From: a virus
DNA: 64,000 nucleotides
Reading direction: 5' to 3' (one strand)
IMG/VR virus record: IMGVR_UViG_3300009177_000033
Location: 6,893 to 70,892 of that record
Positions within the stretch are counted from its first letter, which is position 1; every line of letters begins with the position of its first letter. The notes beneath the pieces were generated by a model, which was not told where the DNA came from, made no database searches, and saw nothing but the letters and a program-made list of their open reading frames with translations. The translations under genes were made by a program, and so were the position numbers. Shown in pieces: positions 37,849 to 48,612 of this stretch.

Positions 37849-38778
37849 CTATGAACTTGTTAACCCGTAAAGCGCCGATGTGGCAGACGCGATGTTGCCC
37901 GTCTCAAACTGGAATCGAAGCGCAGTAATTGCCGACTGGACATTATAGGTGCCGTTAAAGACCGACCAACCGGGCACACCAGAGGCGCACCGATAGCTCG
38001 CTTGACCGTAAAGACTGAAAAATTGGTTCATATCCGGATCGTGGAAATTGATCGTCGCGCTGAACGTTTCGCCAGATGCGTTGCCGACATCGGCGGTGCC
38101 GGATTGTCTTGTCATCGCGATTTTAGAATCGCTGGTGCTGGCAACATCGGCGGCAACGTTCGAAGCGACCGCGTGCGAATACCAATAATAGTTTGCGGTT
38201 TGATAGGTAGGCCCAGCGCCAGTGCCGATGCGCAACCAAGCTTCGACATCGTCGGTGACGGGCGCAGCGCTATTGATCTTCCAGATATAGGAATCATAGG
38301 TGCTGTCGAGCACGACGCCGGAAACGCCGTGTACAAAATCAATCGATGCGACAGCAGCCACGCTCTGAAAGCGCAGAAGCTTTGCGCCGTATGGAACGAC
38401 AGCGGCGGGCGCATAGCCAACGACGACAAGCTTTGCTAACCCGCCATCATAGTGCAGCAGAACGTGGCTGTTGATGCGCAGTGCACCAGCCGTCAGCGCA
38501 ACACCTTCGGCGTCGACAACCGCCGTCCCATTAAAGGTCACAGCACCAGTATTCGTCGCAACCGGCGTCAATATGAAATTCATCCCATCGAGGAAGCCAG
38601 ATATCAGCGGGGGCGTGATCGTTCCGGTAATCGTATTGGTGCCAGAGACGCCGCTAATCGTAATGACGGATGCAGTATTCCAAAGCGCAAGGATTTCCTC
38701 GGCGACCTGATCGAGATAATCGTTTCCAGTACGCGGCCCAGGCGTGGCGCTGCCATCGGTTAGGCGATCAACAGTCAT
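37849..38778 (-). CDS. Tail fibre / receptor-binding protein
   Basis: Gly/Thr-rich, NTGAVTFNG motif, beta-rich C-terminal domain; position in tail module. Confidence 0.7.
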   Translation of the reverse strand: MTVDRLTDGSATPGPRTGNDYLDQVAEEILALWNTASVITISGVSGTNTITGTITPPLISGFLDGMNFILTPVATNTGAVTFNGTAVVDAEGVALTAGALRINSHVLLHYDGGLAKLVVVGYAPAAVVPYGAKLLRFQSVAAVASIDFVHGVSGVVLDSTYDSYIWKINSAAPVTDDVEAWLRIGTGAGPTYQTANYYWYSHAVASNVAADVASTSDSKIAMTRQSGTADVGNASGETFSATINFHDPDMNQFFSLYGQASYRCASGVPGWSVFNGTYNVQSAITALRFQFETGNIASATSALYGLTSS

Positions 38779-38924
38779 TATTTTTTCTCCGGCGCTTTAG
38801 TCGTTGCGTCTTTCAATTGTTCTTCCAGTTCCGCGATCCTCGCGTTTGCCTGTTCAAGCTGATCTTGCAGACCAGCAATTGTTAAAAGCTGCGCGCCTAG
38901 CATTGCTTCGATTTTCTTTTGCAT
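38778..38924 (-). CDS. 48-aa coiled-coil protein (possible fibre chaperone)
   Basis: Manual translation MQKKIEAMLGAQLLTIAGLQDQLEQANARIAELEEQLK... Confidence 0.55.
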   Translation of the reverse strand: MQKKIEAMLGAQLLTIAGLQDQLEQANARIAELEEQLKDATTKAPEKK

Positions 38925-38926
38925 CG

Positions 38927-39901
38927 TTATGCTGCCGTTGTCAGTGCTGTCCAAGTTGTCCCGCCGTCCGTGTTGATATAGGCGCGGTCGTTCGTCGTCG
39001 TGCCGTTCGATTTCAGATACAGCGATCCTTTCGCCGCGCTCAGCGTCGGATTGCCAGAGCCGAAATAGACTCCAAAATTTGCTGTAGATGTCGCTTTGTA
39101 GCCAACACGGTTATCCCCACCTGCTGGAATAGCCGTGCCATTATATGCTATTGGACTGATCGCGACGCGAAAGCGCTCAGCGAAAGCGCCCGATTGAATT
39201 GTCTCAAATACCCAAGCGCCGCTTTCCGACGACGCGGTATTCACCGCTAGATCGACCGCCATCTTTGCGAACGTTACTGTTGCGGGCGTCGAGTTGCGGC
39301 CTTGAACGAAAACACCGCCGAGACGGTCGTTGACGGCCACCGAGCCAGAATTATGAAACAGATTGATAATCGCGCCTTGCGCGCCACTATCGTTCTGCTG
39401 TAGCGACAGCATGTTTGTCGTATTGCTGACGGCGAATGTTATGCCGCCTGTCGCATGGGTGATGGTAAAATCGCTATTCGCGAAATTGATGACGCCGCCA
39501 GAAGCGAGAGACAAATCCGACCAGCTTAGCGACCCTGTTCCTAGCGGAGCGCCATCATTGATAGCCGGGTTAAGTCCGCCCGCTCCGACAAACTGCAAGC
39601 TGCCTTCGCCGGCCGCCGTTGGCGATCCAGACGCGCCGCCAGTCGCGACGAGCGCGGAATCATAATCGAGCGCTGTCGCCCCCGAATGGAAATGGATAGC
39701 TGGGTTGCTTGCATTGCCGTCGATCCGCCCGAGCTCCAGCTTAACGTCGCCAGAGCCTTTGATCTCGACAGAGGTTAGCGCCGTCAGAAGATTGCCGACT
39801 TGGTAGCGGCGATCCGATCCAGCGCCTCCGCCCGTCGCATAACCGGCGAGGAAGTCCGTAGCGGACGGGCCGGTGCTTTCGGTAAAGTCGCCAAAGTTCA
39901 T
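38927..39901 (-). CDS. Tail fibre protein
   Basis: Gly-rich fibre motifs (IHFHSG..DYD, LGTGSLSWSDL, GSLYL...TTWTA). Confidence 0.7.
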   Translation of the reverse strand: MNFGDFTESTGPSATDFLAGYATGGGAGSDRRYQVGNLLTALTSVEIKGSGDVKLELGRIDGNASNPAIHFHSGATALDYDSALVATGGASGSPTAAGEGSLQFVGAGGLNPAINDGAPLGTGSLSWSDLSLASGGVINFANSDFTITHATGGITFAVSNTTNMLSLQQNDSGAQGAIINLFHNSGSVAVNDRLGGVFVQGRNSTPATVTFAKMAVDLAVNTASSESGAWVFETIQSGAFAERFRVAISPIAYNGTAIPAGGDNRVGYKATSTANFGVYFGSGNPTLSAAKGSLYLKSNGTTTNDRAYINTDGGTTWTALTTAA

Positions 39902-42750
39902 GACATAAACTCCAAAGTATCAGCGCCGCCTTCCATCGTATTAAGCTGCGTCAGATCATCCATCGCCTGCAGCAAGGGCGCGCCCGCGAATCGCACCAGT
40001 GATGGTGCTTCATCTACCAGCGCCATTGAAGCCTGAAAGTCCTTTGAGGGCGAAATAGATTGCACAAGCATCCGTCGATAGACGGTCGACATATCGCCAG
40101 CGACGACGAGACAGCCGTATTTGCGGTCGTTATCGGCAAAGCCTTGGATCGTGGAGACATCAGTAAATGGCGTGGAGAACGTCAGAACGTTAGTCGAGCC
40201 AGTCACATTCGAAAGCTGATGGATCGAAATCGTCCCATCGGTTCTGCGGATCGCCACCCCGGTTTTGATTCCTACGGCATGCATATCGGCAATCGCGTGC
40301 ATGTCCGTGATCGCGTGCATGTCCAGTTCATTTGTGCAATCGATCTCGGCGTCAAGCGTGATGCCGGTAATTTGCACCGGGCTACCGCCGCTTAATTGCT
40401 TGCTGGCGATGTAGCCATCACCGGAACGGCTCGTCAGAATATCGTGCTCAAGAGCGACCAGTGATCCTCGTCGGCAGACAATCGATTCAATATCAACGTC
40501 CATGTAATAGAACGTCGAGCGCAAAGCAGCCTGATCGAGATCGAACAACGCACGCGCTTCGACCTTATCGACATCAATTATTCCGTCGTAGGCGACGCTT
40601 TCCAAAAGCGTCAGATCAGTATTGGTTAGATCGCGCTGATAAACTGTCGTCTGCGCCTGATCGTCGTCGAGACTTTCATCCCGATAGGTAACGTTGAAGC
40701 CAGCGGGCAGACGCGCAAACGCTTTTTCATAATGCAGGTTCGCGCTATTGCGCCGCGAGAATACCTGAACCGGCGCATCTGCCGTTCTATCATTATCGAC
40801 AACGATGCTATAGATATCCGATTGATACGGGCGCGCATATGCACATGACGCCAGCAAGTTAAGAACGTCCTGCGTGCGCGTATCGTTGATGATCGCGTCG
40901 CATGTCCAATTGTTATCGCGACAGAGCACTCGCCAAGCCACCAGCGCATCGTCGTCGCGCAGATCGTCAGGCAGCGGGTCGAGGTTCTGGCTGCCGCTCA
41001 ACACGTCACGATAATGCGGAGCCGGATTGGATGAGGTCGTCCAAGCAGTCCAATCGGACCCGTCCCAATCTTGCACATAGCCAGATGCCTTGATGGACAA
41101 TTGCCTGACAGATCGGTTTAGCGCCGTCAGTGCGACTAGCGCGACCTCTCCGGAACGGGTTAACGGCGGCTCATTCCAGATCGACACCACGCGCGTTAAC
41201 AACACGCGGTCGGAGAAGTTGGAATGGTTCTGGAATATTTTAAATCCACCGGAACTGAAATACCAGAAAGGATCAATGGCACCAACAAAACCGCTGTAGC
41301 CCATATTGCTGATCGAGAACGATGAACTTACCAGCGTGGTGCCGCGCTTGATTTGAATCTCATAAATGCCTTTCGGAAAAGTATTTTCGTCGAGATAAAC
41401 TTCGCATCGGTTGTCAAACAAGTTAATATTTCTCAGGCGCGTCGTCGCAGTATTTCCGTTGATCAGGTAAGCCACGCCGGCCCCATCATCAAAATACGAG
41501 TCGGCAGTCCATTGCCGTTCCGGAGGCGTAGCCGGCGTCTGTGCAGAAGCGCCAGTATTTAATCGCGCGGCCCAAAATCCAGCGCTCGACGAGGCTGGTG
41601 GGTCCTGCAGGAGTTCTGCTGCCTGCCATTTTAATAGGATTGCCACCCGGCGCTGGTTCGTGGCGTTAAACTCGTAATACAATTCCGGAAGGTTTATCCA
41701 CGCTGTATCGCCGCGCATGCGAAAACGAATGCGCAATGGCACCGATGCATATGTATTGCTGCCGGGATAGATGCCACCCGGGAAAAGCAGATGCAGCCAT
41801 ATTTCGTCGGGCGAACTGCGCGACGCTACGCCATGCCAAACCGGCAAATCTGTTTCCGGCAAGCTTTGGTGGCTAAGCAATTGCCCATCGCCCTGCACCG
41901 AAGTGTCTGATAATTCGAGACTAGGGGTTATCGTTCTGCCCTGCCGCGTTATCAACGATTGCTGCGTATCGCTGGGCCAGCCTTCGCGCGTTTCAAATTC
42001 GATATCTTCCGCCTCGACGAGCGGACCGCCATCGATCCGGATATCCTCAAGCTTGTGCGGGCCATTGAGGATATAGAGCGCTTCGACAACTTCGTCCTGA
42101 TCGACAAGCTCCACGACCGGCTCGCACGCGAGCGGTGGAAAGACCTTTCTCGTTCCTATAACGCGGGGAATTGACCCGCCCCTATCGAGAATGTTTCCGC
42201 TCGCTGCCGCTGCCTCCGCCTGCTCGGCATTGGTGCCGCCAGCGTCTACCCCTGCAGCCGATATGGGAGGTCCGCTCAACGCAGAGATGGCCAGCGCCCC
42301 GCCAATGGCGACAGCGCCAGCAAGTAATTGAGCGGAAGTCGAACCGGCAGCAAGATATGAACCGGCCAGCGCCAACCCTTCAGGACCGAAAGCGCCCGCC
42401 GTTATAGCTGTCGTAACAACGATAAGAGCGAGCGCGGCGACCAACTGGAAAGTTTGCTTGCCGCCACCACCGCCCCCGCCACGGGGGTTTTGCAGCGCAA
42501 GATGCATCGTAACAGCGATGGGAAGCTCCGCGCGTGTAGCCTTGGGCCGAACCAGCGCCCACATTTCGCGCGGTACGATCTCGTTGTTAATGCAGACATA
42601 GCCGTCCTTGTGAAAATTTGGCGGCAGAACCGGGCATGACGCGACGATATCGAGAACGCTCGACCCGGGCGGACGATGTTCGATCCAGCATTTGCCGCTG
42701 AAATCGAACGGCGCTCGATAAGCGACCGGGACAATGGGCTCATGCTGCAT
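39898..42750 (-). CDS. Tail tip / central fibre protein (TipJ-like, with N-terminal gpI-like region)
   Basis: IPRVIGTRKVFPP, SSNPA, size and position after NlpC. Confidence 0.8.
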   Translation of the reverse strand: MQHEPIVPVAYRAPFDFSGKCWIEHRPPGSSVLDIVASCPVLPPNFHKDGYVCINNEIVPREMWALVRPKATRAELPIAVTMHLALQNPRGGGGGGGKQTFQLVAALALIVVTTAITAGAFGPEGLALAGSYLAAGSTSAQLLAGAVAIGGALAISALSGPPISAAGVDAGGTNAEQAEAAAASGNILDRGGSIPRVIGTRKVFPPLACEPVVELVDQDEVVEALYILNGPHKLEDIRIDGGPLVEAEDIEFETREGWPSDTQQSLITRQGRTITPSLELSDTSVQGDGQLLSHQSLPETDLPVWHGVASRSSPDEIWLHLLFPGGIYPGSNTYASVPLRIRFRMRGDTAWINLPELYYEFNATNQRRVAILLKWQAAELLQDPPASSSAGFWAARLNTGASAQTPATPPERQWTADSYFDDGAGVAYLINGNTATTRLRNINLFDNRCEVYLDENTFPKGIYEIQIKRGTTLVSSSFSISNMGYSGFVGAIDPFWYFSSGGFKIFQNHSNFSDRVLLTRVVSIWNEPPLTRSGEVALVALTALNRSVRQLSIKASGYVQDWDGSDWTAWTTSSNPAPHYRDVLSGSQNLDPLPDDLRDDDALVAWRVLCRDNNWTCDAIINDTRTQDVLNLLASCAYARPYQSDIYSIVVDNDRTADAPVQVFSRRNSANLHYEKAFARLPAGFNVTYRDESLDDDQAQTTVYQRDLTNTDLTLLESVAYDGIIDVDKVEARALFDLDQAALRSTFYYMDVDIESIVCRRGSLVALEHDILTSRSGDGYIASKQLSGGSPVQITGITLDAEIDCTNELDMHAITDMHAIADMHAVGIKTGVAIRRTDGTISIHQLSNVTGSTNVLTFSTPFTDVSTIQGFADNDRKYGCLVVAGDMSTVYRRMLVQSISPSKDFQASMALVDEAPSLVRFAGAPLLQAMDDLTQLNTMEGGADTLEFMS

Positions 42751-43162
42751 CGCTGATTAAATCCCGGTGGCGATAGAATCGCGGATTGCGGAAAATAATA
42801 CTCTCGTGTTTGACCGGCACCATGACCGCGCTGATCTTTTCCTCAATATGCAAAAGATGATCCGGCCCGCACATAATGCCGACATGGATGGGTGAATGGC
42901 GTCGGTGCATAACGACGACATCGAACGCTCTGCGCCACTCTGGCAGAACAAGCACCCAAGGATCGATGCTGCTTTCCTTCGCGATCAGCCCCGCTACTTT
43001 TTGCAGATCGAGCGCCGATGTTTCCCCGTAGGTGGGAAGCTCGACGCCCTTTTCCTCACGCATGACCAGTTGCACAAGCCCCCAGCAATCGACGCCGGAA
43101 AAATCGCGTCCGTGATCCTTGAATGGGAGGCCGACATAGCGCGCGGCCCATGCAACCGTCAT
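42740..43162 (-). CDS. NlpC/P60 tail-associated peptidase
   Basis: YVGLPF...GRDFSGVDCWGLV...HVGI...LLH. Confidence 0.9.
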   Translation of the reverse strand: MTVAWAARYVGLPFKDHGRDFSGVDCWGLVQLVMREEKGVELPTYGETSALDLQKVAGLIAKESSIDPWVLVLPEWRRAFDVVVMHRRHSPIHVGIMCGPDHLLHIEEKISAVMVPVKHESIIFRNPRFYRHRDLISDAA

Positions 43163-43680
43163 CGGAATAATCCCGGGCATAGAGATTGCGTTGCCCGCTT
43201 CCCGGGCCATACACGTTGCAGATAATCCCAGCCGACGATGTCACCGCTGACCGTCATGTAATCGACTTTGACGTTGATCAGAAATGCCCGAGAGAAAGAA
43301 TAGACGACAGTGGTCGGCGGCGACCCACCCGAAAGCTCGACGCGCGGATCGACAGCCGTATTAAAATCCGCAGACGACAAGACCTCTAGCTTCAACCTGG
43401 GTGGCGCAACGAGGCCGCGGATCGTTTCGCCGATGCGCGAATCGATATTCTGGATCGCCAGTTGCGCTTTGGGCGGGCCTTCGTCGTCGGACAAAATCTG
43501 GATATCGAACGGGAAGCCGATAAAAGTGAACCCTCCGTAAATATAATCCTTGGTATCCCAGACGACGCGGATTGGATCGGAGAGCTTGTTATGCGTGATC
43601 GTGAGAAAGCAGATATCCGCTTCGCCGGAAAATTGCGCTTCGATCTCCTTGCGAAATGAAAGCTGGATATCACGGGGCAT
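43159..43680 (-). CDS. Baseplate hub-type minor tail protein (DUF1833-like)
   Basis: FLTITH..L.DPIRVV...FIGFPFDI...LAIQNID...PGLF. Confidence 0.75.
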   Translation of the reverse strand: MPRDIQLSFRKEIEAQFSGEADICFLTITHNKLSDPIRVVWDTKDYIYGGFTFIGFPFDIQILSDDEGPPKAQLAIQNIDSRIGETIRGLVAPPRLKLEVLSSADFNTAVDPRVELSGGSPPTTVVYSFSRAFLINVKVDYMTVSGDIVGWDYLQRVWPGKRATQSLCPGLFR

Positions 43681-44036
43681 TACGGCAACCGCACAAGCTG
43701 GAAGCTCACCGAATGAAAGCCGGGAGACGTGCGTGTGATGCGAGGATCGCTGGCAAACATCCAACTATAATTTGTCTTGGTGACAGGATGGTTCATCGTA
43801 AACGGCAGCGAGCCGTCTTTTAGCGTCGTTTCATGAAACGTCTTGAACGACGCAAGCTGCGCGGTGGAGAACCGCCACGTTGTATCCGTTACCCAGCCTT
43901 TGGCCGTCGAGCGCCGTCGATACTTTGGCGGACCGACCTCCGGCGAAAACTTCGCGACATTTGGTTGCGGCGTTTCTTCAAAGCCGTTGAGGATCGGGCA
44001 TTGCGGAATCGTGGAAGGCCAAGCTGCTGTTGTCAT
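43680..44036 (-). CDS. Distal tail protein
   Basis: WPSTIP...GPPKYRRRST...F.TFHETTLKDGSLPF; follows the tape measure gene. Confidence 0.75.
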   Translation of the reverse strand: MTTAAWPSTIPQCPILNGFEETPQPNVAKFSPEVGPPKYRRRSTAKGWVTDTTWRFSTAQLASFKTFHETTLKDGSLPFTMNHPVTKTNYSWMFASDPRITRTSPGFHSVSFQLVRLP

Positions 44037-46156
44037 CGTGATTTCACCGCGCGTAGGCCATAGCGACCGCGTTGAACATCATCAAAGCTGCCTTTCGAGA
44101 AATGCTTTTTGACGACGCCGATTATCAGTTGCTCGCCATTGGGCCCCGAACGCTGTTCCTGCGTCGTCTCTGTATCGTTCGAGGCATAATTATTGACCAA
44201 GACTTGAAGCCCAGCCGCCGAGCCGCTTCGCGTCACCTGATTGGGAACGATAGTGCCAGCGCCCTTCGGAATGAAAAGCTCAGGGCCGTGCTCGCCGACA
44301 ACGTATGGCGTATTGGCGCTAACCGGCCCGCCAGCAGCTTTGCCGCCGCCAAACCCTGATGGCGATCCGCCACCAAACAGGAAATTGAAACCCCCGCCAC
44401 CACTTCCAAACAAACCCGATAACGCGCCTGCGAGCGGGCCAGTTACCGACATGCGCAGCGTCAGGCGAACCAGATCGCGAATGATCGAATCCGTCATTGA
44501 CTTAAAAGCATCTTGGAACGTGCGCGTGCCGGTAGCGAAATCAGCAAAATTGTTTTCGAAGCTCGTAAATGATGATGTGACTATCGTATCGAACTGCTTA
44601 AACCCGTTTGCTGCATCCAACCCGAACCGCGTTAGCTCGGGGAGCTTTGACGCAGAGACGATCATCGCCTCATAAGCGTCTTTCGATTCCTTGACTGCTT
44701 TCGCCCGAGCCCGCTCCGCTTCGGTGTTATCGATGATGCCTTTGTTCACATCAAGCTGGATACGCGCAAGTCTAGCGTTCAATATTTCCTGCTCAGAGGC
44801 GACGCCAAGGCTTACACGCACCGCTGTATTCTGTTCGAGCTGCGCGACGTTAAAAGCTTGCAGTGCTCGCACGCGGGCGGCACCTAGCCTCACATCGTCC
44901 TGAACAGCTTTATCTAGTTGCAGCGTCTTTTGTCTCAACAAATCCTGTTGCGTCGCCGCGTCGCCGAGAACGCCGACCCACCGCTCCTGAAATGTCAGAT
45001 TGGCTGCAACCGCATCTTTCTCTTGCTGCAATGCCTCTGCCGCTTCCAGCGTCCGCTTGATATCTGCCGATGGGCGGGCCTGCGGGATAGCCGTCCTGAC
45101 TTCAAATTGCGTTAGCCCAGATTCATCAACACCCGATGCACCGCTGCCGCGCCCGCGCTGCGGAGAAACCGCGAGCCCTGGAACTTGCAGATTGGAAAGA
45201 TTTTCGTTGCCGGTTTTGCCGCCGCTTAATTTGCTGAGATCGATGGTGCGTGCAGCTTGGGCGATATCGTTCAGCTTCTGCGCGATGAAAGCGATTACCT
45301 GCGCGGTTTCTTTCTGCGCCTGCAATTGTGTTTCGGCAAACGCTTGTCCGAAAAGGTTATCGCTTTTCTTTTTGATCTCATCGATATCTTTTTTCAGTTG
45401 GACGATGCGATCATTCAGTCCTTTGTCAACGCCCTTGCCCAATGCTTCGAGGCTGTCGCCAGCCGCTTTGATGCCGCCCTTGCCTGCGAGGTCTTGCAGA
45501 ATACGACCGACTTCAATTTGCCGTTTGCCGAACAGATCGGACGCGAAAGCATTTTTCTGAAACTGATCGGCAAGACCATCATAAGCCTTGATAACAATAT
45601 CGATGGCCTCTGCCGTGCTGTTCGCGTTCGTCACTTGCCGGATCAAAGCCGGATTAATCTTCGCCAGCGCATCATAAAGCGGGCCGGTGCCCGTCGATTT
45701 CAATTCATCGATTGCGACAGTCATGCGCTCGATGCCGCGCTCAGCTTTTTCGAAATCGACGCCGGTTGCGGTGGCTGACTGGCCCAACGCTTTTAATTGA
45801 TTGAGCGTGAAGCCTGTCGTCTCTGCCGCCTCCTTCATCGCCTTTTGTTTTTCGACAAATTTGTCGGTTTTGTCGTTTAGAAATCCAATCGCCAACGTCG
45901 CCGCGCCGATACCAGCAGCGACGGTTAATCCCACCGGGCCAAGAGCGCTAAATATTCCACCGATAGGCCCTGCCGATGCAGCGAATCGAGAAACAAAGCC
46001 GGAAAATTCCTGCTCGATTTTTGAATTCATCTGCGAGAAACGAGTCTCGATAGCCTTCGTCTGCGTGTCCGCGATCTTAACCGCGTCCTTCATGTCCTTT
46101 TCGAACTTGGTCAGTTGCGCGGACAGCGCGACGACGAGCGCGGCAGTATCAGCCAT
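44033..46156 (-). CDS. Tape measure protein
   Basis: LVVALSA..TKFEKDM, long helical Ala-rich body, AAGGPV...VVGEHGPELF. Confidence 0.9.
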   Translation of the reverse strand: MADTAALVVALSAQLTKFEKDMKDAVKIADTQTKAIETRFSQMNSKIEQEFSGFVSRFAASAGPIGGIFSALGPVGLTVAAGIGAATLAIGFLNDKTDKFVEKQKAMKEAAETTGFTLNQLKALGQSATATGVDFEKAERGIERMTVAIDELKSTGTGPLYDALAKINPALIRQVTNANSTAEAIDIVIKAYDGLADQFQKNAFASDLFGKRQIEVGRILQDLAGKGGIKAAGDSLEALGKGVDKGLNDRIVQLKKDIDEIKKKSDNLFGQAFAETQLQAQKETAQVIAFIAQKLNDIAQAARTIDLSKLSGGKTGNENLSNLQVPGLAVSPQRGRGSGASGVDESGLTQFEVRTAIPQARPSADIKRTLEAAEALQQEKDAVAANLTFQERWVGVLGDAATQQDLLRQKTLQLDKAVQDDVRLGAARVRALQAFNVAQLEQNTAVRVSLGVASEQEILNARLARIQLDVNKGIIDNTEAERARAKAVKESKDAYEAMIVSASKLPELTRFGLDAANGFKQFDTIVTSSFTSFENNFADFATGTRTFQDAFKSMTDSIIRDLVRLTLRMSVTGPLAGALSGLFGSGGGGFNFLFGGGSPSGFGGGKAAGGPVSANTPYVVGEHGPELFIPKGAGTIVPNQVTRSGSAAGLQVLVNNYASNDTETTQEQRSGPNGEQLIIGVVKKHFSKGSFDDVQRGRYGLRAVKSR

Positions 46157-46749
46157 TTAATTCGGCCTCGCCGCACGCAAGTGATCATAGTCGAGCAGCA
46201 TTTGATCGAACTCCTGATCCGTTGGTGCTTCTAGTTTCTGTTCTGGATTGTTCGCGTAGTTGACGCCATCGATGCACGCCGCCAATTCCCACATCGTCAT
46301 CTCGTCTAGTTCACGCGGCGAGAATCCGACTGCTGCTCCGAGCCCGTAGATAACGGAGCGCTTGTACCGTCCGTCGTCCCGGAAGATGGAGCGTCCTGCG
46401 CCTTCGCTCCCGCTGGTGTTTTTTTTTCTGGATTATCGTCTTGCACGCCGACGAGCGCGGCCATGATGACGGCTTGCGCTGGCAGGACGTTTTCGGCGAA
46501 CGGGCGATCATCGACATAGCGATTGATAAGCGTCATCGCTCTTTCTGGAATCGCGCCGCCGCCGATAAGTCCGAGCCTGAGGGTTTCCCGTATATCGTTG
46601 AAATGCCACTTGCCGTTTGCCAAGCGCGTATAGATTTCGGCAAAGCCGCAGCCGCATTTTTCCTCAAGCTCAAGCACGCATTTCAGTTTCGCAACGTTGA
46701 ATTTATGCGTGCCGTCTGCCCACTGTAGTTCGATCTCACCACTCGGCAT
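46157..46749 (-). CDS. Tail assembly chaperone (46306-46749) with predicted -1 frameshift extension to 46157
   Basis: GTA gp10-like sequence (IRETLRLGLIGGG); A9 slippery run at 46419-46427; -1 frame open to TAA abutting the TMP start. Confidence 0.8.
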
Positions 46750-46753
46750 TGCT

Positions 46754-47215
46754 TTACGCTGCGACGAACGCCAGCGCTCTGTTGTTGACCATCGTTACGT
46801 CGATGTTCACTTTCTGACCTCGAACGCCGCTATAGGAGAGCTTCGACAGGATGAACGCGCCCTGTAGATAGCCCAAGCCCAGCGGAGAGGTTGTCGGCGA
46901 GACAAGCTGGATACGCGCTTGCCGCTCCGTCGCGCCGAGAAACCAATCCAGCCACGTGTGGAAACTCTCGACGGCCATCACGCCGCTGCCGGTAACTTCG
47001 GCAGACAGCGAATTAACGTCTTTCGCTTCCCAAGCGGGCAAGCTTGGATCGGTACAGTCGGGGATGAGCGTCGTGTTCGTCGAGGCATTCAGATCGAAGT
47101 TTTTCGTCGTCAGGCCGCACGGCTCCGAGAACACATCGGGCGAGCCGGGGCTATCGCCGCCCGTGCCGATCAGCACGAGCAGTTTAGTACCGGGAATAAC
47201 AGTAGGTTGCGCCAT
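46754..47215 (-). CDS. Major tail tube protein
   Basis: PCGLTTK...IPDCTDP...SAEVTGSGV. Confidence 0.85.
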   Translation of the reverse strand: MAQPTVIPGTKLLVLIGTGGDSPGSPDVFSEPCGLTTKNFDLNASTNTTLIPDCTDPSLPAWEAKDVNSLSAEVTGSGVMAVESFHTWLDWFLGATERQARIQLVSPTTSPLGLGYLQGAFILSKLSYSGVRGQKVNIDVTMVNNRALAFVAA

Positions 47216-47231
47216 AGGGGCTTCTCCTTGG

Positions 47232-47636
47232 TTAGGCCAGTTGAATCAAAAAGCGGAAACTCAACACACAGTGAGCAGTGATTCCATCTGGGTCTGGAAG
47301 ATGATTGATAGAACTAATTTCCGCAACGATCACGGCATAGTTCGACACAGCGATATCTTGATCGTCGAGCGCGGCGACAATCGCCTTGCTCAATTGCTTG
47401 GCTTTCGGGACTGTCGGATCGCGCGCCCAGCCGTCGATTTGATAAAAGACTTCCGTCCCGTCGATACATTCGGCCTTGTCGGGCAAGACCTGAACAGGTC
47501 CGAGCGATATATACGGAAACGTCGGACCTTCCGGCACCCCGCCATAGACGCGAGCCCCCACTAATGCAGCGACGCCGGGATCGGCCTTTAATTTACTGAT
47601 CAGCGCTGCGTGCAATTCAAGGGACGGATCAGACAT
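47232..47636 (-). CDS. Tail terminator (DUF3168-like)
   Basis: LVGARVY..VP...FPYISLG...DPDGITAH. Confidence 0.85.
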   Translation of the reverse strand: MSDPSLELHAALISKLKADPGVAALVGARVYGGVPEGPTFPYISLGPVQVLPDKAECIDGTEVFYQIDGWARDPTVPKAKQLSKAIVAALDDQDIAVSNYAVIVAEISSINHLPDPDGITAHCVLSFRFLIQLA

Positions 47637-48075
47637 TGCCGCCCCCTTGCGCTGCCGAATATTTCTTTATTTGCAGGGAAATGCGCCGCTTCATGCTGGC
47701 GACGATTTTCTTCTTCATCAGCCGGTAGGTCGGAAAGAAAAATGGCTGCGCTCCGTTCTGTTGCGTGCCGAACTCCGCGGCTCGCGAATAATCGAACTCG
47801 CGTCCAGATACGCCTTTGCGCGTCGTCGTCGAGCCGCCAGCGATAACGCGGACAATCGTTTCCTTGTTGCCCGGTTTCACGCCCACCGAAGCCTTCAACG
47901 CGCCGGGGGTAACGCCAGCCTCGGGCGGGCCTTCATAGATCGGCGCGACCGACGCGATAGCGTCCTTCAATATCCCGGCTTGCCGATTAAGCTCGTTGAC
48001 CGCGTTCTCGCGTACCGTTTTCTGCATGTCCAAAGTCAAGGCACGGAAGCGCTCGACCGATTTATTGACTGGCAT
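47629..48075 (-). CDS. HK97 gp10-like neck protein
   Basis: GALKAS...EFGT...AQPFFFPT. Confidence 0.85.
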   Translation of the reverse strand: MPVNKSVERFRALTLDMQKTVRENAVNELNRQAGILKDAIASVAPIYEGPPEAGVTPGALKASVGVKPGNKETIVRVIAGGSTTTRKGVSGREFDYSRAAEFGTQQNGAQPFFFPTYRLMKKKIVASMKRRISLQIKKYSAAQGGGNV

Positions 48076-48446
48076 TAGACCGCCACGCCTTTCTCGCAGA
48101 GCATTTCCCACCAGAGGCCGTGCTTGTGGTCGCCCTGGTGCGGATCGATCACGGAACGAATGTTGTAAATCTCGCCGCTATCCTCATTTTTGCAGATCCA
48201 ATCCGTATCGACCGCGTTTGATTCGGTCGACTGCCGAACGGTGATATTGGCGAAGTTTTTCCCGGTTAGACGGCTTGCCAAGATCGACTCGCCGCCAAGC
48301 TTCGGCTCGACATTCGCATAAGTGATGAACGTCGCCGTTCCCGGATATGCCCCTTCCATGCCGTAATCGGTATCAGGCGAGCCGGGTGCGCCGGCCGACC
48401 CGCGCTGATAGAAACCGATCCTGTAGCGAAGATTACCGGCTGGCAT
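48075..48446 (-). CDS. Head-closure (head-tail adaptor) protein
   Basis: AGNLRYRIGF...GGE..LASRL...ITVR...YNIRSV. Confidence 0.8.
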   Translation of the reverse strand: MPAGNLRYRIGFYQRGSAGAPGSPDTDYGMEGAYPGTATFITYANVEPKLGGESILASRLTGKNFANITVRQSTESNAVDTDWICKNEDSGEIYNIRSVIDPHQGDHKHGLWWEMLCEKGVAV

Positions 48447-48612
48447 CGGGCTTGCCTTTCGGGCGCTCGACGAGCTCAGCCTTGCCGTCCTTTATCGCCT
48501 TGTCGGCCACTTCCTGCTTCACGAGATGCGTCGCCCCCTTGCCATAAGAAATCATCCAGCGAGCGCCCTGCGGTTGCCAGTCATACTTTTCGTTAAAGCG
48601 AACCCAAGGCAT
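48433..48612 (-). CDS. Small hypothetical virion-associated protein
   Basis: MPWVRF...A.KAI.DGKA; coupled to the head-closure gene. Confidence 0.6.
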   Translation of the reverse strand: MPWVRFNEKYDWQPQGARWMISYGKGATHLVKQEVADKAIKDGKAELVERPKGKPDASR

